DNA of 23,517 bases from Tubiluchus corallicola. Lineage: Eukaryota; Animalia; Priapulida. Position numbers and translations under genes: made by a program. Shown here piece after piece: positions 17,489-23,517 of this stretch. The notes under the pieces were generated by a model. The model was given only the letters and a program-made list of their open reading frames with translations, was not told where the DNA came from and did no database searches. The stretch lies in assembly GCA_030141605.1 (NCBI GenBank), contig JAQGDQ010002474.1, positions 1 to 23,517 of the forward strand, in the 5' to 3' direction. The stretch's first letter is position 1. The number at the start of each line of letters is the position of its first letter.

Positions 17489-18520
17489 TTGAATAATCGC
17501 ACAAATACATATCGTTTTTTATTCCTATTTTTCCTACTAATAATTTTCTTTTTATTAAATGTCTACATTGGAAGTGTTCACATACCAATAAATGATTTTT
17601 TTAATACAATATTCAATCCTAATAACAAAAACGAAACTTGGCAAAATATAATTTTTTTTATAAGAATTCCTCGATCAGTTACAGCAATATTGGTAGGAAC
17701 AGCACTCTCCATATGTGGTTTATTATTACAAACATTATTTAAAAACCCCCTCGCAGAACCCTCCATTTTAGGGATAAATGCAGGAGCAAGCCTTGGAGTA
17801 GCACTAGTTACCCTCAACACAAGTTATTTTTTAAGCTATTCAATAATGCAGCAAATGTCCCTCTTTAAGCACACACTTATCGTAATTTCTGCCTCCATGG
17901 GAGCTATCGTCGTCCTATTGCTCATCATCGCTATTGCCTATAAAGTAAGCAACAAGACTACTCTACTTATCACAGGCATTATGATAGGCAATATTACTAT
18001 TTCAGTGGTAGGTATATTACAATATTTTAGCAATCCTGAGCAAATTAGAGACTTTATTTGGTGGACATTTGGTAGCCTACACAACCTTACTTATACACAG
18101 TTAATAATTTTTAGCACAATCGTCATTGCTGGCTGCTATGCAGCTCTCTTCATAGCCACTCCACTTAATGTCCTATTACTAGGAGAAAACTATGCAACTA
18201 GCATGGGGGTAAAAACAAAAAATATTAAAGTTACAATTATCCTAATCACTGGCGTTTTAGCAGGAGTTACTACGGGTTTTTGCGGACCAATAGGTTTTAT
18301 TGGCATTGCCATTCCTCATATTGCAAGAGCAATATTTAATACTTCCAACCATAAAACTCTAATCATAGCATCCATTATTTTAGGAAGTATCGTTCTGCTC
18401 TTTTGCGACATCGTAGCTCACCTATCTTTAAGTCATTTTACACTACCTATCAATGCTATTACAGCACTCATTGGCTCACCTATTGTAATATGGATACTTA
18501 TCAAAAGAAAGCAAATTTAA
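17489..18520 (+). CDS. FecCD/BtuC-family ABC transporter permease
   Basis: TTG start; IRIPRSVTAILVG, LQTLFKNPLAEPSILGINAGA, LGENYATSMGV, GPIGFIGIAIPHIAR and LPINAITALIGSP motifs. Confidence 0.92.
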   Translation: MNNRTNTYRFLFLFFLLIIFFLLNVYIGSVHIPINDFFNTIFNPNNKNETWQNIIFFIRIPRSVTAILVGTALSICGLLLQTLFKNPLAEPSILGINAGASLGVALVTLNTSYFLSYSIMQQMSLFKHTLIVISASMGAIVVLLLIIAIAYKVSNKTTLLITGIMIGNITISVVGILQYFSNPEQIRDFIWWTFGSLHNLTYTQLIIFSTIVIAGCYAALFIATPLNVLLLGENYATSMGVKTKNIKVTIILITGVLAGVTTGFCGPIGFIGIAIPHIARAIFNTSNHKTLIIASIILGSIVLLFCDIVAHLSLSHFTLPINAITALIGSPIVIWILIKRKQI

Positions 18521-18600
18521 AATAACAAAGTAGGTAACAACCTTTCTACAAGAATTTAGACCCACATTTTAATTAGTTTATAAAAAACAACCTATCTTTA

Positions 18601-18631
18601 TTGCATTATTTATTTTTTAGTTTTTCATTTG
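18601..18631 (+). promoter_or_regulatory. Possible promoter of the kdsA operon
   Basis: TTG (18601-18603), a 20-nt spacer, then TTCATTTG (18624-18631, one mismatch to TAnnTTTG), 27 nt before the ATG. Confidence 0.4.
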
Positions 18632-18658
18632 TGATTAGACATTAACCTTTAATAAACA

Positions 18659-19481
18659 ATGAAAAAAATTGTCAAAGTAGGCAATATTCTCTGTGGAGAA
18701 AAATCATTATTCCTGATTTCAGGACCTTGTGTTGTTGAGGATGAGACTGTTATGATGAACACTGCCGAAAAGTTAAAAAACATAGAACAACGGCTTCAAA
18801 TCCCTGTTATCTATAAATCCTCTTTTATAAAGGACAACAGAAGTTCATTGGAATATTACCGTGGACCTGGTATAAAGAAAGGGTTAAAAATGTTGCAAAA
18901 AGTTAAACAAGAGTTTGGTTTCCCAATTCTATCCGATGTTCATACTCAGAGCAAGCAGTGGTAGCCAGTGAAGCATTAGGTAGTACAAATACCTGCCTAT
19001 TACCATGCAAACAGAAATTATTATCAAAGCAGCCAACAGTGGTAAGGCTGTCAATATAAAGCATGGGCAATTTTAGCACCAGAAAATATGGTGAAGCCTC
19101 TCCAAAAATAGTATTGAAGCGGGCAATGAAAATATAATACTAACAAGAGAGAGGAATACATTTGAATATAATGACTTAATAGTAGACCCGAGAAGTTTTT
19201 ATCATCTAAACAAAACCAACTTCCCTGTTGTATTTGATATTACACACTCTATAAGAAAATATGGTATCCCCAGTGCCGACCCAGCGGTGGAACAAGAAGT
19301 TTTACCCACTATTGCAAGGGCAGGGGTGGCAGCAGGAGTAGATGGGATTTTTATAGAAGCACATCCCAATCCTAATAAAGCTCTCTGTGATGCTTCCAGT
19401 CAATTTTGTGTATATCAGCTTGAAGAGTTTTTAAAACCCCTAATAGAAATTCATAATTTAGAAGTAAAACATAGAAAATAA
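18659..19481 (+). CDS. kdsA: KDO8P synthase-family protein (metal-dependent type, divergent), broken by multiple indels in this sequence
   Basis: LISGPCVVE, YKSSFIKDNRSS...GPG, SDVH; then across shifting frames QIPAY, MQT, VNIKHGQF, APENM, ERG, YNDLIVD, PVVFDITHS; then ARAGVAAGVDGIFIEAHPNPNKALCD. About 8 indels lie between 18940 and 19300. Confidence 0.85.
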
Positions 19482-19487
19482 AAACAT

Positions 19488-20500
19488 ATGGAACTATACT
19501 TAGATTCAGCTGATTTGAACGAAATCAAAGAAGCATTTAAACTAGACTTTCTTGCAGGATTAACAACAACGCCTACTTTTATGTATAGACATGGCATAAC
19601 AGATGTTGATGCTTTAATAGTAAAACTAAGTAGCATAGTGCCTTCTTTACAAATAGAGGCACTGGGAGAGACTGCAGAAGAAATTTATAAAGAAGCTCAT
19701 AGGCAAATAGATATGGGGTTGGATATTCAAAAAACTGTTTTTAAAATCCCTGTGTCATTAGAGGTGAAAGCTTGCAAAAAATTAGTAAGTAGAAAACATT
19801 ATGGTTAACATACACTTGGTCTATACATTGCAACAAGCCTACATGGCAATGTGTGCTGGAAACATTTGTTTGCCCACTTGTAGGTAGGCTACAAGATCAA
19901 GGACATGATGCTTTGATGTTGGTAGAACAGTGCGTCAATGCTGTTAGTTATTATAATTACAAAACGAAAATCATGTTTTCGTCTATAAGGCATACCGAAC
20001 ATGTGAGAAATGCTATTAATATTGGCGTTCATGCTATTACTGTGCCATGGAAGGTAATGAAAAGTTTAACAGAAAATAACTTCACTTCTTTAGGAACAAG
20101 TCAATTTTTTGAAGATACTCGCTTGATAACTATGAAAGTAAAAGATTTATTGAGAGGAACAAACCCGGTAGTAAGTGATGACACACTACTCAGCGATGCT
20201 ATTATTAAAATGACTGAATATGGTTTTGGAAGCATTACCATAGTGGATAAAAAACATAAATTAGTAGGGATTTTTACAGACGGCGATTTGAGAAGAAAAA
20301 TATCTGACATGGGTAGGGATGTGCTAAAACAAAAAGTAGGAGATGTCGCTTCCAAAAATCCTGTTACTATACAAGGAGAAAAGCTGCTCAATGACGCTGC
20401 TATTCTTTTTAAAAAACATCATATAGACACCTTAGTTGTGCTTAATGGTAACGAGCCCGTAGGTATGTTAGATATACAAGATATAACAAAATACTCCTAA
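19488..20500 (+). CDS. Transaldolase/fructose-6-P aldolase-fold domain fused to a KdsD-type CBS pair (frameshifts at ~19790 and ~19860)
   Basis: Reconstructed: MELYLDSAD...GLTTTPT...QIEAL...VFKIPVS...ENIMVNIHLVYTLQQAYMAMCAG-TFVCPLVGRLQDQG...FSSIRH...ITVP...GTSQFFED. The same ORF continues from ~20132 as MKVKDL...LVGIFTDGDLRR...NPVTI...PVGMLDIQDI. Confidence 0.85.
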
Positions 20501-20505
20501 TTTTT

Positions 20506-21216
20506 ATGGCATCTTATAGTGACTACCAAAAAATATATGAACAAGCTGGAGGTAAGTTCATATCCACCGCCAATGATATTGCAGAAAAATTAAAAAACAC
20601 ACGAGCCTTATTATTTGACTGGGATGGTGTATTTAACTCTGGATGCAAAGGCAGTAATGTAACCGCTCCATTTTCTGAAATAGACAGCTCTGGCATCAAC
20701 ATTTTGCGTTTTGCATTGTGGCTTAATAACAAGAAAAAACATCCTTTTTGCGGAATTATTACAGGGCAGGAAAATCCTTCTGCCTTGCAATTTGCAGAAC
20801 GCGAGCATTTCCATTTTCTATTTTTTAAGGTAAAAAATAAAGTAGAGGCATTGCAACTTTTTCAAGAAAAGCATCACCTTTCTTCTGATGAAATTCTCTT
20901 TTTTTATGATGATATTATAGATATCAGTATTGCCCAAAAAGTAAAATTAAGAGCCTGCATACCCAATAATGCTTCACCTCTTTTTTTAAAAGAAATAGAA
21001 AACAACAAGCTTGCTGACTATATTACAGCTAACTGCGGAGGAAAGCATGCAGTAAGGGAAGCATCCGAAATGTTTACAGCACTAACTGGTAAATTCAAAG
21101 ACACCTTTGATAAAAGAGTCGCTTTTGACAATGACTATGAGAGCTACTTTAGCACAAGAAATACTATCAAGCTCTCTTTACTGGTCGCACAAGGAAATCA
21201 TATTTCTTTAAAATAG
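20506..21216 (+). CDS. kdsC: HAD-superfamily phosphatase, KdsC (KDO8P phosphatase)-like
   Basis: LLFDWDGVF (motif I), FSEIDSSGI, IITG, KNK, FYDDIID and GGKHAVRE. It is the last gene of the kdsA operon. Confidence 0.75.
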   Translation: MASYSDYQKIYEQAGGKFISTANDIAEKLKNTRALLFDWDGVFNSGCKGSNVTAPFSEIDSSGINILRFALWLNNKKKHPFCGIITGQENPSALQFAEREHFHFLFFKVKNKVEALQLFQEKHHLSSDEILFFYDDIIDISIAQKVKLRACIPNNASPLFLKEIENNKLADYITANCGGKHAVREASEMFTALTGKFKDTFDKRVAFDNDYESYFSTRNTIKLSLLVAQGNHISLK

Positions 21217-21255
21217 AGAAGAGTCTTCATTTTTTAACAAAAGAAGACTCCTTCT
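21217..21255. terminator. Hairpin between convergent kdsC-like and pmbA genes, probable terminator
   Basis: AGAA-GAGTCTTC-attttttaacaaaa-GAAGACTC-c-TTCT inverted repeat. Confidence 0.6.
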
Positions 21256-21275
21256 AATTATGCATTTTTGTCACC

Positions 21276-22589
21276 CTATATTCCACTAAAATCTACCTTG
21301 TCAAATAATAGCGAAGGTGATTGTATGGAAGAATAAGGGTAAGGATTATTGCCTACCTCAACAAGTTTCATCCAAAAATCTTTAGCATTTCCTGATATCA
21401 CCATTTCATTGACAGGTTTTACAATTTTTCCATTTTCAATAAGCTTTCCTGATACTCCAAAAGAAAAATCACCTGTTGTGGAGTTACTATTTCCTCCATT
21501 AAAATGATTTACCAAAATACCCTTTTTTATGCTTTTAATTATCTCTTGTTGTGGTCGTTGACCATGTTTAAATGTAATATTTGACAATGACCCACCATTA
21601 GGCTCCATATTCAATTTCTTGCCATAATAATTATCTATATAATATTGTTTTAATACTCCATTTTCAATCATAATGCGTTTTTTTGCTTTAATTCCTTCGC
21701 TATCAAACAACCTAGAAGCCAGCCCTCCTTCTATCAAGGGATCGTCTGTTAATGTAAGTAAGTCTGATGCCACTGGTTGCCCAATTTTCCCTTCCAAATA
21801 AGACTTTTTCTGTTGTATGCTTCTTGCAAACATTGCCTCAAACACACGATAGATTAAATTTCCTGCTATTTTATTATCTAATAGCAGGCTATACACACCC
21901 GATTTGACTTTTGATTGCCCTACTTTGCCTACAGCATCTTCTATTGCCTTATCGCCAATTTTGCCTCCTGATATCAATTTTTTAAAGAAACGATGTACCA
22001 CACTTGTATATCCTGATAGTATAGAATTTTTATCTTTTATAGAAATATCTGCCGAACAGTAATAAAAAGTAGAGTTTGAAATTCCTTCAAAGCCATTGCT
22101 GTGTATTTTAATCTTTTCAGTTATGTTGTCACTAAAGCTACATGAGGTTGAAACAACTCTAGACTCCTTGCTTTGAATCTGCTCTGCCATCGTCTTTACT
22201 ATCTCCAGTCGTTGTTCTGGAGTTATAGATGCATACTGGGCATCTACCAATTTTAGATCTAAATCTAAGTTTTTAGGATAATATTTGGGGTCAGGTAGCG
22301 CTCGAAACTTATCTTCCGCAAGATACTTTGTAGATGCTATTGCTTCTGAAATAAACCTTTCTAATTCTCTTTTTTCAAGATAATTAGTGGAATGTGACGA
22401 GTATTTATTATCCACATAAATTTGTACACTAAGCCCATTTCCTGTTGATTCTTTAAGCTTATCTATTTGCTTATCTCTATATTCTATGGTTACGTCGCGA
22501 TTGTTGTAAACAGAAACGCCTACTTGGTTTGCTCCTTTTTTTTGAGCATATTGTACTGCCCATCGGGCTAATTCTAATCTCTTATTCAT
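21276..22589 (-). CDS. pmbA: TldE/PmbA protein
   Basis: LTLTDDP...ASRLFDSEG, IENGVLKQY, GGNSNSTTGDFSFG, IENGKIVKPVNEMVISGN and SPSLLF motifs. No HExxH motif. It lies immediately downstream of tldD. Confidence 0.9.
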   Translation of the reverse strand: MNKRLELARWAVQYAQKKGANQVGVSVYNNRDVTIEYRDKQIDKLKESTGNGLSVQIYVDNKYSSHSTNYLEKRELERFISEAIASTKYLAEDKFRALPDPKYYPKNLDLDLKLVDAQYASITPEQRLEIVKTMAEQIQSKESRVVSTSCSFSDNITEKIKIHSNGFEGISNSTFYYCSADISIKDKNSILSGYTSVVHRFFKKLISGGKIGDKAIEDAVGKVGQSKVKSGVYSLLLDNKIAGNLIYRVFEAMFARSIQQKKSYLEGKIGQPVASDLLTLTDDPLIEGGLASRLFDSEGIKAKKRIMIENGVLKQYYIDNYYGKKLNMEPNGGSLSNITFKHGQRPQQEIIKSIKKGILVNHFNGGNSNSTTGDFSFGVSGKLIENGKIVKPVNEMVISGNAKDFWMKLVEVGNNPYPYSSIQSPSLLFDKVDFSGI

Positions 22590-22609
22590 AGTTTTAATGC
22601 ATTATAATT

Positions 22610-23515
22610 TTACGAATTCACACCACCCACTGTAATTTTCCTCACTTTTATTGTTGGTAAGCCTAGGGATACCGGCACTCGTTGTCCATTCTTACCACAA
22701 GTACCTCCTCCTGTATCCATTTGAAAATCATCTGCTACCATAGTTATATCTTTTAATACCTGAGGGCCATTGCCTATGATATTAACATCTTTAATCGGTC
22801 TAGTGATTTTTCCATCTTCTATCAAATAACCTGTTTTCACATAAAAGGTAAAATCCCCCTCCCCTATCATCACTTGCCCATTCGTAAAACTCTCTGCAAC
22901 AATACCTTTCTTTACACTTTTAATAATCTCTTCTTTTTTATGAGGACCAGGCAACATATATGTGTTTCTCATACGAGGCATTGGCACGTTTCTAAAAGAT
23001 TCTCTTCGTCCATTGCCTGTTGAATTCACACCATAGTACTTTGCGCTAATGTGGTCGTGCAAATAAGAACGCAATATTCCATTTTCTACTAAAAGGGTTT
23101 TTTGGGTTAAGTTACCTTCGTCGTCAATATTTATTGATCCTCTTACATTAGGATTTGTTCCATCGTCAACAATAGTAACAAAGTCTTCCGCTACTTTTTT
23201 ATTCATTTTATCGTAAAAAATGGATGTTTTTTTACGATTGAAGTCTGCTTCCATTCCATGTCCTATTGCTTCATGCAAAAGTATTCCTGAAGCTCCTGCT
23301 GACATCACAACTTCATCTCCCCTGCCGGAGGCTTTTGAAGCCTCAAACAATAATACAGATTTTCTAACTGGCTCTTGAGCAAGAAAAGCAATATTTTCTT
23401 CTGACAAGTCATTAATGTCTCCCCTCCTTGAAAATATTTGAATTCCATCTTCTCGTTGCCCCTTTTGTTCGACAGCACAAATATTATATGCAAACATCAT
23501 TGGCCTATAATCATG
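22610..23515 (-). CDS. tldD: TldD metalloprotease, 5'-truncated by the window edge
   Basis: GILLHEAIGHGMEADF, GSINIDDEG, TGNGRRES...PMPRMRNTY and CGKNGQRVPV. The frame continues upstream of the track start (HDYRP-MMFAY) to the end of the window. Confidence 0.92.
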   Translation of the reverse strand, partial: HDYRPMMFAYNICAVEQKGQREDGIQIFSRRGDINDLSEENIAFLAQEPVRKSVLLFEASKASGRGDEVVMSAGASGILLHEAIGHGMEADFNRKKTSIFYDKMNKKVAEDFVTIVDDGTNPNVRGSINIDDEGNLTQKTLLVENGILRSYLHDHISAKYYGVNSTGNGRRESFRNVPMPRMRNTYMLPGPHKKEEIIKSVKKGIVAESFTNGQVMIGEGDFTFYVKTGYLIEDGKITRPIKDVNIIGNGPQVLKDITMVADDFQMDTGGGTCGKNGQRVPVSLGLPTIKVRKITVGGVNS

Positions 23516-23517
23516 AA

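Noticed and set aside
1406-20814. Numerous 60-150 aa ORFs nested in or antisense to the called genes
   Set aside because: They are fully overlapped by well-supported genes and lack motifs; consistent with codon-bias shadows.
23305-23493. 62-aa alternative-frame ORF suggesting a tldD frameshift
   Set aside because: The tldD frame is continuous to the window edge and includes the expected DxRP motif.

Overview
AT-rich, gene-dense bacterial window, almost certainly Bacteroidota and probably Cytophagales-like. The basis is TAnnTTTG promoters, A-rich leaders without Shine-Dalgarno sites, a DAHP synthase-chorismate mutase fusion, Bacteroidota-type GlmM, xerC-hpf and a HEAT+2xDUF1080 protein. Most of it is housekeeping: TPR protein, aroF/CM, proline dehydrogenase, Fe/B12 ABC ATPase and permease (11 kb apart), DUF4140/4139 protein, glmM, cysteine desulfurase, xerC, hpf, esterase, VWA protein and tldD-pmbA. 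Three things stand out. (1) A Kdo-type operon at 18659-21216 in which the gene between kdsA and kdsC is not the usual KdsD (SIS+CBS). It is a transaldolase/FSA-fold enzyme with a remodelled active site fused to a KdsD-type CBS pair, and the KdsA has changes in both aldose-phosphate selectivity motifs. This is a candidate undescribed route to arabinose-5-P/Kdo or to a related ulosonate. (2) An ABC-type AAA ATPase plus a small PD-(D/E)XK-like gene, a candidate defence module. (3) A 37-bp direct repeat around a 29-bp foreign insert (66-bp period) inside a coding gene, resembling an off-target Cas1-Cas2 integration. A cluster of indels at ~18940-19865 and one at ~7033 look like long-read errors. 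All protein calls come from motif recognition by eye; no database search was run.
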